In this document: piece by piece, positions 48,863-60,016 of the stretch
How the letters are laid out: each line of letters begins with the position of its first letter
Position numbering within the stretch: position 1 is the first letter of the stretch
Assembly (NCBI RefSeq): GCF_963853765.1
Contig: NC_088856.1
Span: 9,362,001 to 9,426,000, forward strand
Source: Magallana gigas
Taxonomy: Eukaryota
DNA length: 64,000 bases
Direction: 5' to 3'
Program-made: the position numbers and the translations under genes
Notes under the pieces: model-generated
What the model saw: only the letters and a program-made list of their open reading frames with translations
Told to the model about the DNA's origin: nothing
Databases searched by the model: none

Positions 48863-49973
48863 AATGATTTGGAAATAACAATTGTTAATTGATAATACGT
48901 CGTCGATATACCTGAATGTTGAGTTGAAGGCCACAGCGAATGATTTATTTTTTTCACGTCGAGGTTTTTGAATAAGTTCTGCTTCATAAGAATAAAAATT
49001 ATTTCAAAAGAGTTCAATCGATTCATTCTCTTTTTACAAACAATCAAACGATTAAATGGACTCGTAAAATTATAATATGTTCTATTCCCTTTCTTTAAAT
49101 GTTGAATTTCATGCATAATTTAGGAAGATTGAATAGTGCGTGTTGATTTTGAATTAATATATTGAAGATTTCGCTATCTTGATATTTTGCAAAAAACGTT
49201 TAGATCGACCAGTGCTCAAATAAGTTTTTAAATAGCGATTTTTAGATTCAATTGTACAATTAAGATAAACAAAAGTAACTAACCTTTCAATATATTCAAG
49301 AGCCTCAATTTCATTTTAATATAATTTAATTATACTATAACATTTCCCTAAAATATAAGCAGCGAGAAGTTATAAAGGGATAAATTATGTTTAGAAGGAA
49401 AATAGAAAAAAAAAATTAAACTCAAAAGGTTCAGCATTATCTTTGCGATAAAGACAATTGGCAATTCCATTGTGCCATCCAAGGTGAGTTGTGCACTTGT
49501 TGATGCTGATGTGAACACATACGCAAATCACAGTTTATAGTCAAATGTACCAACAGTTAAACACTGACTTGGCATACTGTTACCAGCAGTTACACACTGA
49601 CCTGGCAATAAGTGCATATAATTCATTATACTATAACCCGTACAAATGTAACATGAATGGCAATTCCAAGGTGATAACCCGCAGGCACTCTAATAGACTA
49701 ACTAAAAAGTTGTACTAACAATATCTAAAGACAAAATGTGCAACTAAAAAATAGCAGTTAAACACTGACCTATCATTACACATTACTACACCTGTAAACA
49801 TACTATAACTAACAAAATAAATTGAGAGACTTTCCTTATTTTACGCACAAGATTCTCTTATGGAAAAAGTAACAAACATTAGGACATTTTTTGGTACAGA
49901 TCAATAGCAGCAGTTAATCACTGGCCTGCTGTAAATAAACTGAAGGGGTAAGAAAGAATGTAGATACAAATAA

Positions 49974-50099
49974 TTACAGTTGAAACGATTGTATTCTAAT
50001 ATATATGTGTAATGCATTGGAGTTCCAGCGGCCTAAATGCTGAATAAAACTCTCAGAATAGCCTAACTGTGCAGCATGTGTTGCTGCCCCTATCCGAAA
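49974..50099 (-). pseudogene. Tyrosine recombinase C-terminal remnant
   Basis: FRIGAATHAAQLGYSESFIQHLGRWNSNALHIYIR matches the YR (H)SFRIGAAT..LGRW.S..Y.R motif; fused in frame to RNase H. Confidence 0.88.
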
Positions 50100-51665
50100 A
50101 CGCCGAAGTAGATGCATGAGGCACTTTTTCTTACTGGACTGTTTATTGATTACTTCTACCACTGCCATATTATCTGACATAAATAAGATTATTCTATTTG
50201 CCGTCTCTGAAACCCAAATTTCCAAAACCAAAACAATTGGAAACAATTCTTTTACGGCAATTTGCAAAGGTAGAGTTTGTGTCCATTCATCAGCAAACCA
50301 TTTTGAACCAAACACAGCAGCAAATCCTAACAAACCAGAAGCATCTGTAAATAGTCGCGTGACATCTGAAGATTCCCCTTCCTCTGGAAAAAGAACTGAT
50401 TTTCCATTGAAATTTTGAAGAAAATCTAGCCACATGGCTAAATCAGCTCTTACCTCATTATTAAAGTTTATTCGATAATAAGGTTTTTTCACACCTATAG
50501 TCACAATCAATCAAACGACGTAAAAATGCCCTACCAGGAACTACTACCAAACAAGCAAAATTTAAGACTCCAATTAAGCTCCTGCAAAGTAACTTTTTTA
50601 CGCCTACTAAACTGATATACAAGAGTCCTACATTTTTCTAATTTGTCTGGTGGCAGCCGACTCATCATATCAATAGAATCAACCTAAAATACCATAAATG
50701 GTGATGCATGTTACTGGCTAGAAAGTTTTCTTATCATTAATTGGAATATTAATCCTTCCACATAAATCCAAGAAATTCATCAAATCATTTTTACATTTTT
50801 CAGACTGAGGAGGCCCAATAAAAAAGAAATCATCCAACATATGAGACATACCCCCTGCTTCTAGCTTGTTTAACATAACCCATTGAAGAGCTGTACTTAA
50901 CTTCTCAAATATTTGACAAGAGCTACTTGCCCCCATTGGCAAACAGCGTTCGTAGTAGAATTGACCTTTCCATGTAAAACCCAAAAAATGATAATCCTTT
51001 GGGTTCACGGGGATTATTCTGAAAGCATCCTTTTTATCTGTTTTAGCCATAAGAGAACCCATCCCATATTGATGAACCAAACTGAGTATCGTATCAATTG
51101 AATCATAATGAACCTGAGAGTATTCCCTAGGTATATTAGAATTAACTGAGTCCTGAGCAGGAAAGGATAAATCATGAATGATTCGAAACCTGTTTTGCTC
51201 GGGTTTTGGTACAACCCCAAGGGGAGAAGTTTTAAAAAGAGGTAAAGGGGGTCTTGTGAATGGGCCAGCTATCCTCTGCTTACTTAAACCCGTATGAATG
51301 TAATCTTCAATAACTTCTGGGTGCTCATATGTAGACTTATGATTATGAGGAGGATGAATGGAATGGGACTTAACACAGCCTCATCGAAACCCACATGTAA
51401 AGCCATTCACTTACAATTTTAATTCATCTGCCTCATAACCTAATAGTTCATTGTGAAGTCTTAACGGGTTTACTGGAGTTGGAAGAACCGGCGCCATTCC
51501 TGTTTGATGTGATAGATTTGGATGACATGTTTCTACACTGAAATCGGGGGTGGGGTCCACTACAGGCTTGGCAAGTATGGGCGAATCGACAAGGTAGGGA
51601 GTTACATTTTTGCCCATTGTTATAATTGTAGCACTGTTTTGCCCAAAAGGGCTGCTGTTAACCAT
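50100..51665 (-). pseudogene. DIRS-type RT/RNase H (frameshifted)
   Basis: LPTPVNP.RL, SPLGVVPK, IHDLSF, MAKTD.KDAFRIIPV, YYERCLPMGASSSCQIFE, HMLDDFFF, PGRAFLRRLID, LFTDASG, IAVKELFPIV, SDNMAVVEVIN. Confidence 0.92.
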
Positions 51666-52564
51666 TATAAGCTTGGAATTGGGTAAGAGACTTTAAACCC
51701 ACAGAGGCTACCTTAAGTCGCAACTCTGTTACTACTCTCTCCCACGGCAGGAGGGATGTCTCTCTTATTTTCCTAAATGACTCATCATACATTTTCCAGG
51801 GTTGGTCCCCATGAAGCTTGTGAATCTCCCTTATTTGTAAACATGTATTTTAACAGATTGCATGCCTCATGGGGAAAATTTCTGTAAGTAAATTGTACTG
51901 AATACCAGAAAAGCATCTGTCCATTGATGGATTGTAATAGGTGTTTTATGTGAAGCCGCTTGTTGTAGCTCAATTTTCCCCGCTTGTACCACAATTGAAA
52001 GGGGTTCGTCTCCTGAGGTCGGCAATAAATTTTTTAAGTCAACAAATTCATTGTTCCAAATTTTAAGTTTCAGTTTTGAGGAAACTGATGTTCCTAGAGG
52101 CACACAATCTGATAAGTGAATTTGAGGGCTACTAAAGCATGCAAAACTACTACCCGTACTCTGAGATAAATTGCCTGCGGGCTCACCTGTGAACACATTA
52201 TCCAGTTATGTTCCCAGTGCAGAGGCAGGAATTGTGGTAGCCGCAGTGGCAGGAATTGTGGCAGCGGCCGGTATAGCTTCCCCAACTACTGGTGTAGTAT
52301 CTTCAACAGAATTCACTATTGGAGGTTGCCAAACACTTTCACCAATAATTTGTTTCTCACTAGCAGCTTTTTTTTTGGTTTACAATTTCTTTTGCCAGAC
52401 GTTCATAATCAATATTTGGTAGCACATTGACAGTGTCAGTCTCCGACTGTTTTCGGGTTCTTTTTTGCCCCTTTTTTCCCCTTATGTACTTCAGTTGGTG
52501 GTTTTGGTGGTGATACTCCTCCCGTTGCCACATCATCTCTCCTGGCTCTCTTTTTGGGTGGCAT
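51448..52564 (-). pseudogene. gag-like ORF1 with C-terminal zinc knuckle (frameshifts and stops)
   Basis: Starts MPPKKRARRDD; KIWNNEFVDLKNLL, WTDAFLVFSTIYLQKF, then CYNYNNGQKCNSLPCRFAHTCQACSGPHPRFQC. Overlaps the pol start. Confidence 0.8.
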
Positions 52565-52755
52565 AATGGCTAAATATATAATTTAAAGAATAATAAGTAT
52601 GAATCCTATCCTTTCACATAATTATATATGATTAGCCTAACCCATAAGCATTTTTTCATAATAACTTTTGCATTAACAGATGATTTCAACCATGTACTTG
52701 GTATTTTGACCTGATCAGTTAAGCGAATACCAACACAGATTTTGATATACATGTA

Positions 52756-53440
52756 CATGTTAACATAAAATTCATAATAATAGGAACATGTCCCACTGAC
52801 CATATGGGTAACACAGACCCAATGTTCCCTCATCATTATTAGTACATGTAGATTCAAACATTCATGTAACTAAATAGTCCCAACATGACTTTAATTACAT
52901 AACATTATTAACATTAAATTCATAATTGTAAGGAACATGTCCCACTGACCATATGGGTAACACAGACCCAATGTTCCTTCATCATTATTAGTACATGTAG
53001 ATTCAAACATTCATGTAACTAAATAGTCCCAACATGACTTTAATTACATAACATTATTAACATTTAATTCATAATTGTAAGGAACATGTCCCACTGACCA
53101 TATGGATAACACAGACCCAATGTTCCTTCATCATTATTAGTACATGTAGATTCAAACATTCATGTAACTAAATAGTCCCAACATGACTTTAATTACATAA
53201 CATTATTAACATTAAATTCATAATTGTAAGGAACATGTCCCACTGACCATATGGGTAACACTGACCCAAATATTCCTTCATCATTATTAGTACATGTAGA
53301 TTCAAACATTATGTAACTAAATAGTCCCAACATGATTTTTTAATTACATGTTAACATTAAATTCATAATTGTAAGGGAACATGTCCCACTGGCCACATGG
53401 GTAACACAGACCCAATATTCCTTCATCATTCTTTAGTATG
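52756..53440. repeat. 149-bp tandem array (~4.6 copies) in the leader between SGNH and gag
   Basis: ggaacatgtcccactg at 52783, 52932, 53081, 53230 and 53376. Units are nearly identical and contain ccatatgg and tgggt..accca palindromes. Confidence 0.95.
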
Positions 53441-53681
53441 CAAACTCACACCTATAGTCACAATCAATCAAACGCTTAGTTAAAAATGAAAGGTAAAACT
53501 TGAACTGATACTCATCAACATGAAAAATTCACGCATTTAAATTTCAGGGAGTTAAGACATAAACTGCCCCTACACTGTCTTATTAACACAAATAAAATGT
53601 AAATATATATAAATATGGATATATATATTCACATATTATTGAATATCATTATTCTAGAGTGGTAGCACATAAGATCTAAAA

Positions 53682-54274
53682 TCATACTGGCCTCAAAACT
53701 TTTGAGTGCATGATCACCGCATTCCTAATGCTGCGGCGAAACTTCCTCATGGGCTGGTCCTCGGCAGGGGTTCACAGCAGATGGACACCATCCGGGCCTA
53801 AATAATGAAAGTCCTTCCAAAACCCCCGATGTCCCCAGAAATGAATTCCACCAAGGGGCTCAGCAAAACGTTTCAAATGTTCATTAGTCTGAACCACAAA
53901 GACGTTAAAATTTTGGCATGATGCAAACTGCATTCGGCGAATTAACTGGCCTATTATCACTACCTTTACTCCAACACCATCTCTTAAATACTGTCCAATA
54001 GATATAATATCCCTAGCTAATTTCTCACTGTTTGTACTTTCACAGATATGATTTTCACCAATCTGTAAAAACACCACATCAGGAATTGAGTCAAAATGCA
54101 GAATCTCCGCCCTAAAGACACGCTTGCTTAATCTCAAAACGCCTTTTCCTCTAAATGATACTTTAAACACTTCAGGGTCCAAATTCAGATTGTCTGTTTC
54201 TGTCTGCATACAATAATCTCTTATAATCTTCTGATGTACGAATGTCCAATCACGCACACATTTAAAATACTCAT
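53682..54274 (-). pseudogene. SGNH/GDSL hydrolase-fold ORF (one frameshift near 54220, one premature stop at ~53772)
   Basis: Block I MSILNVCVIGHSYIRRL, block II FRGKG, block III PDVVFLQIGEN, block V GPDGVHL; tail continues PMRKFRRSIRNAV. Confidence 0.82.
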
Positions 54275-54431
54275 TGTTTACATATTGTACCCCAACCGGA
54301 ACCAGCAGAAATAATCATGCGATATCGCATACAACAAAAAAACTAGAAACTGCGTTTCAAAACCTACTGTATCAAAACATTACTCGTGCTTACACTCTCA
54401 TAGATGAAGACAGAATGACCCTACTCTCTCT

Positions 54432-54486
54432 GGTCAGATACTGACCGCATCAAACCACGTGACCGTATCTCTTAATTTGATTGGCT
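54432..54486 (-). promoter_or_regulatory. Candidate promoter of the YR element (CCAAT box, E-box, short hairpin)
   Basis: Minus strand agccaatc (54479-54486), cacgtg (54456-54461), ggtcag-ata-ctgacc (54432-54446), ~160-210 nt upstream of the SGNH ATG. Motif match only. Confidence 0.3.
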
Positions 54487-55418
54487 ATTAAATTAAATTT
54501 AGGGAGAATTACACCATGGAATTTTTAGCAATTACATGTACATAATAGGTCACTAGGAGGTTTTTAGACTAGGAATTTGGGCTAAAAATAGACGTGGACA
54601 CTGACCACTGCAGGGAAATTACATTTATTAATATGGCCAACGACGTCTACAAGGCCTGGGAAAGAAATGCAACTTATCTAATCAAACATAAACATGAAAA
54701 TTACAATAAATCAGCAAATAAAATTATAGCATTCAACACATAAATACAATTATTAACATAATTGTTGTTGTACAAAATTGTTTGAATCGACCACATAAGA
54801 GGGCAAACGGTATTTTGATTTATTTGCAGAATTTCTTGTGAAATTGAGGAAACATTGACTGAGAATATAAATAAAGATAGTGTTTGCATTAGGCTTTATA
54901 TTTCATCATCGAGGTTAACTCCAAAGGAGTTTGCAATACAGTTCTACCAAAAGTGTTTCATGTAATGTAAGAGAGGCTGCAACAAGCAAATGAAGAATGT
55001 TGTAGCACAATAAGATTGATTGTAGAAAAATTGCTTGCGTATGATTAAGGCGACAAATTTTGTTGGTATTGACAGAATTTGAGTGCATGGATTGAAACAA
55101 TAGACAATAACATCGAATATTAAAAAATCAGGGCCCGTCCATTAGCTTGGATACCGTTGTTGATGCAACAATCTGTTTACAGTCGGCCTTATGTCTGATG
55201 TGGTACAATTGTTTTCCAATATAGATTTTAAATGAAAGAAACATTGAGTTACATAAATTTATGGGCTAAACTACTGAATGATTCTGAAAACGTTGAGAAT
55301 AAAGCATTTTAGCTAGGATCTATGAACATACGAATAAGTTTAAAATATGGTAAAATCTATCCCGAATTTGAAGATTAATCATCGTTAAAGAAAGGCATGC
55401 GCTGCTAACGAAATGGCA

Positions 55419-56010
55419 TTTATTATGCCCCCCCTCCCCATTTCGAAGAAGGGAGGGCATATTGCTTAGCTGCCGTCTGTCGACAATTCGGACGGTCGGT
55501 CGGTCTACAAATAAATTTCGTTCATATTCTTTGCAGAGAATGCACATATTGAGATAAAATATGCTATTCAGGCATATCATAACAATATCAAGGTCATTCC
55601 TTTCTTGAGGGGGGGGGGGGATACAATTGAGCAATTTTTGACAGAACTGTAGAAAATATATTACTAGTATCCAATAATTTGCAGTTACTGTTTTTTTCTT
55701 GGCGGAGGATGGATATAGTGTAATGAAATTTGATAATCAGGTTTATCATAATAATATCTAGGTCAAGTTCGATTTGGGTACGATCGAGCAATTTTCGTCA
55801 GAATTATGCCCCTTGGACGTAGACAAATTCAAATTTTTGCAGTTTCCGCTCATTATCATCGTACAGGATGTACATATGGAAATGAAATTAGGTATCATAT
55901 GGAAATGAAATTAGGTATACAGGCTCACCATAATCATACATGCATCAAGGTCGAGTTTTTTTTCTGGCATGATCGAGCAATTCTCGACAGAGTTATACAT
56001 GTTCCCCTAA
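55419..56010 (+). mobile_element. HINE-type element with ~160-190-bp monomers
   Basis: 5' hairpin atgccc..gggcat, (gtcg) tract, gagcaatt.t.g.caga at ~55628, 55785 and 55974. Confidence 0.65.
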
Positions 56011-57438
56011 AATAACTTGCAGTTGTAAAGCAAGACAACACTCAGAAAGCCTTAAAACGATATGAAACAGATATTGCTCACTGACACATTTGTTGTGATG
56101 ATGGTGAATTTATGAACCAATAATATTAAAACTTACCGCTGAATACCACACTACTTCTCACTTCTTTGAAATCGTAAATTATCCCAATCCTTTTGACTAC
56201 TTTTTTCTGCTGTTAATAATACTTATGATAGACGTTCGGTTGGCTTAAGATGGATCCATGGTCATGATCATGTTTAGACCGTATTAATCCCCTTCAAAAC
56301 AGGGGCTCTTTGAAAAAATTAAAGAAACACCTTTAAAAGGTGAAATATGTGGAATTTTTCTTTACTATAAAATCTTTATGGCAAAAGAACTCATCTCTTA
56401 CTAAATCTTTTTATTTCATGCAGTACCTGCAAACGTCCTATTTTAGCAATTCTATTTTATCGTATTTTATACCATTTATATCGCATCGTTCGTTTACGCT
56501 GTTCTATCATGCGTTATTCCATCGTGTCTGAATTCCGCCGGGTTATAATTTTAATATATGTTTTTTCGTTTATCGTATCGTGTTAGTCGTATCGTGCCTT
56601 TCAATAAGTAGGTGATTTTATTTTCATTTGAGTTTAAAAGTCGTTTAGTTGCCATGCAGTAAACAAAAATTTACCGAACAAATAAAAAAAAAATGAAAAA
56701 TTCTATCTAGCAATATATCAAACAAAACAAAACCGTCACTACTGGCTCTAAAAATTCGTGCGCCAATCCACTCGATACTACAGTGTTACATTGTATATAT
56801 AGAACAATCAATAGTAAAAACAAAATTATAAAGATTTTTACCACTTTATGTAATTGATAAACATCTATTTAATGATTCTAAATTTTGAGCGATCGACTCT
56901 TTAATTGAACCATGTTAAATATTTATAATTATAAACTTAAGATGTTTTTATCCCGGCCATAATCACTAATTTTGTTTTCAAAATAAAATCAAACACTTTT
57001 GTTTCACATTGTATTTCCCGGCCATTTATATTTGTTTATTCTGAGGCTGCAAGACATATATACAGGTGGACAATTTTCACACCTTGCCACGGTCACTCTG
57101 TCGTGTATATATTCTGAGCGCTGTCTGTTAATTCTGAGGGTTTTCTTGATCCCAGACATATAAAAGAATCTTTTCAGCGACTGCCAGACATATACACAGG
57201 TGGTCAATTTTCACACCTTGCCGTGGTCACCCTGTCGTGTGTATAGTCTGAGTGCTCTCTGTTAGTTCTGAGGTTTTTCTTAATCCATATTTTTTTCTGC
57301 TTGCTTTTAGGCGTGGAGATAAAATATCTAAGCGTTCATAGATTAAGGAAAATCAGTTAAATTGTGTGTCTTCTTTTCAAAATTATATAGCCGCTGGTCA
57401 TATAACCGCATACAAGTGCATGAATAAAGTACATGTAT

Positions 57439-57442
<4 letters not shown>

Positions 57443-57518
<76 letters not shown>

Positions 57519-57627
57519 GTTTTCAATCAAATCGCTGTTGCAATCGGTGGTTATGATACTGTAATGGGACATAATCATGCTTATGCCTTTCTGCATTGAC
57601 GCCTCAAAATACGTTATAATAGATTAT

Positions 57628-57720
<93 letters not shown>

Positions 57721-58095
57721 AAAGCATGATAAGCCGTAACACTTTTTCACTATATTAAGCTGGTGTTCTTTGTAGTCTTAGAAAAGTTTACACTCGAAAT
57801 CTGTGTTTGAAATGGCGGTTGTGATGCTGAAATAGAACTTTATCGTGCAAATGCCGTTATGCCATTTTGACTCGGAAACTCAAATTTTAGGACTAGATAA
57901 TATATGCGAGCAAGAGAGAGAGAGAGAGAGAGAGCAGGGTGGGCAGATTTACAATAAAAGAACTAGATCATGACAACATTACTTAGCCGTGCAACAGAAG
58001 ATATATTACATATGTATTAAAAGAGAAAGAGTGAAAGGTCGGACAATAAAAATTATTCTTCGCCGATTGTTACCTTTTTTGATTTCAGCAAATGG

Positions 58096-58182
<87 letters not shown>
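57443..58182. repeat. Cluster of four (GA)n microsatellites inside the CACTA element
   Basis: Runs at ~57443-57514, 57629-57716, 57913-57933 and 58098-58182. Confidence 0.95.
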
Positions 58183-58185
<3 letters not shown>

Positions 58186-58816
58186 GATTATTTATCCAAC
58201 TTTTTTTAATCAATTGAATGCGGAACAAATAAGATGATGAATATGAAAATCATTCTAATACGTTATTTATATTGTTGTCAATAAAAATAATACTTTTCTC
58301 TTTGAATAAATATTCTCAAGATCATGGATTCCTGTATACGGATATTACGTAATGTCATACACAAGGTGCCAGACTGACAATTTACAAGGTTGAATTGTGA
58401 CATTCAAACCTTTTGATCTGCTGAAAGTATGTATACTATACACAGATACTGCATGCCTCGCTAATCTTTCTGTGAAGTAAAACCTCAAAGACATTTTAAA
58501 GTCCTGACCGGGTATCTCTCTATTTTGAAAAGAAAAATAATCATGTTAAGAATTATGGGGTTTTTCATTGTTGAAAAAAAAAAATGTCCACCGCATTTAG
58601 AAATTAAAACTTTTGTGGAGTCTGCCTTAAGTTTAAGTACCAATTTTTGACCGGCTTTCTAATATAATTGTCTAAAATGTGATCTGTGAGTTTCCGAAGT
58701 TCAAAAGAAGCTAAATATCAAATAAATAAAACTTAAGAATATATAATTAAATAAATTGTGTTAAATCTGAAATATGTGTTATTTAATAATTAAAAGACAA
58801 TGTTTTGGGCCTTAAA

Positions 58817-59031
58817 ATATTCTCAGTAATTATTAGCAATTCTCAGTACCAACAGTAAATCTCAGTAAATATCAGTAATTATCAGAGCTCACAGCAAAAG
58901 CATCAGTAAATATCAGTAAATATCAGAACCAACAGCAATTATCAGTAACAGCAGTAAAATTATCAGTAAATATCAGCAATTCTCAGCACTAACAGTACAA
59001 TATCAGTAAATATCAGAAATCATCAGTAAAA
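58817..59031. repeat. ATCAGTAAAT-like decamer array (CACTA subterminal repeats)
   Basis: Around 20 degenerate (t/a)cag(t/c)aa units directly inside the right TIR. Confidence 0.85.
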
Positions 59032-59572
59032 AATGGCACTTTCAGTACTTTTTAGAGCCAGTAGTGCGTGTACCAATCCTATATCCTGTTCTATCGTGCG
59101 ATAAACATGTCATGCGTGAATCCTATCCTGTCCTTTTTTTGTTAAAAATAAAGTTGCAAGTGTGAAAATGAAACTAATTAGCAATATATTGGTGTTGAGT
59201 CCCCTTAATAGCAGCGTGCCTGGTTACGTGGGTTGATCTACAGGAAATAGGAGTTGCATCAAAACTTAACACAATGAAGAACTATTTCATTTTAAAAATA
59301 TACAAAAAGGAAGCGTACTGCTAAGTTTTTTTTTCAATTTATGTTATTTCATACTTAGTTGAAGTAATATGGTGTACCTCTGAAACTAATTCGTATGAAC
59401 GACGTGATAAGTTGAATTTGAGTTGACGTTTTTATAACACATTTATATTAAGTACCTACGATAGAAGATTAGTCCTATGTACGACAAATGTATCCATTAT
59501 TTCGAGATTGTCATCCGTAACAACGATATATTGAACCGAACATACTAGAGGATAAGTCGAACATACCAAATA

Positions 59573-60016
59573 CAGTACCGATCAGACCCAACCTAACACC
59601 ATTGTACATGTAAACCCCAACTAAACCCTATGCTTACTTTCTGGGTTTACTTTGGGTTTACTCCGGGTTTACTTTTTGAAAATTTCCCCTTTAAAAGGGT
59701 CAACTCGGTGTTTATTTTGGGTTTACTCATGGTTTACTTTGGGATTACACGAGAATTGCTTCTGGGGATCAACTGTACGCACTGAAGTTAGAAGCAGTCC
59801 TAAATTTTATCCAACCATCTTACTGCTTGTTATTTTTGTCCCTTGTATATTCTGAATACACATGAAGCGTCTGCTTTCAGTGGTATACTTCTGATCGGGT
59901 TTTACTTTACTTTGGGTTTACTCTTTGTCCACTCTAGTAAACCCGGAGTAAACCCAGAGTAAACCCACGGTTAAGTTGGGGTTTACCTTCTGTTAGATTG
60001 GGTCTGATCGGTACTG
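59573..60016. mobile_element. Tc1/mariner-type MITE with GGGTTTACT decamers, copy 2 (complete)
   Basis: 25-bp TIRs CAGTACCGATCAGACCCAA(C/T)CTAAC with 1 mismatch, TA TSD at 59571-72 and 60017-18. Confidence 0.88.

Larger units (their letters stand above)
49440..54490 (-). mobile_element. Decayed DIRS/Ngaro-type tyrosine-recombinase retrotransposon (SGNH - array - gag - RT/RNase H - YR remnant)
   Basis: See sub-features. Termini approximate; no ITRs or split direct repeats recognised. Confidence 0.88.
56737..59066. mobile_element. Non-autonomous CACTA (EnSpm/CMC) transposon, 2330 bp
   Basis: Perfect 18-bp TIRs CACTACTGGCTCTAAAAA / TTTTTAGAGCCAGTAGTG, 3-bp TSD CGT on both sides, no transposase. 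Confidence 0.9.

Noticed and set aside
34072-52422. Antisense ORFs at 34072-34263, 37830-38213, 38850-39041, 45501-45845, 50116-50418, 50913-51101 and 52171-52422
   Set aside because: Shadows of real or decayed coding sequence on the opposite strand, with no motifs of their own.
52756-53440. CRISPR-like reading of the 149-bp array
   Set aside because: Units are contiguous and near-identical with no unique spacers; no cas genes; eukaryotic context.
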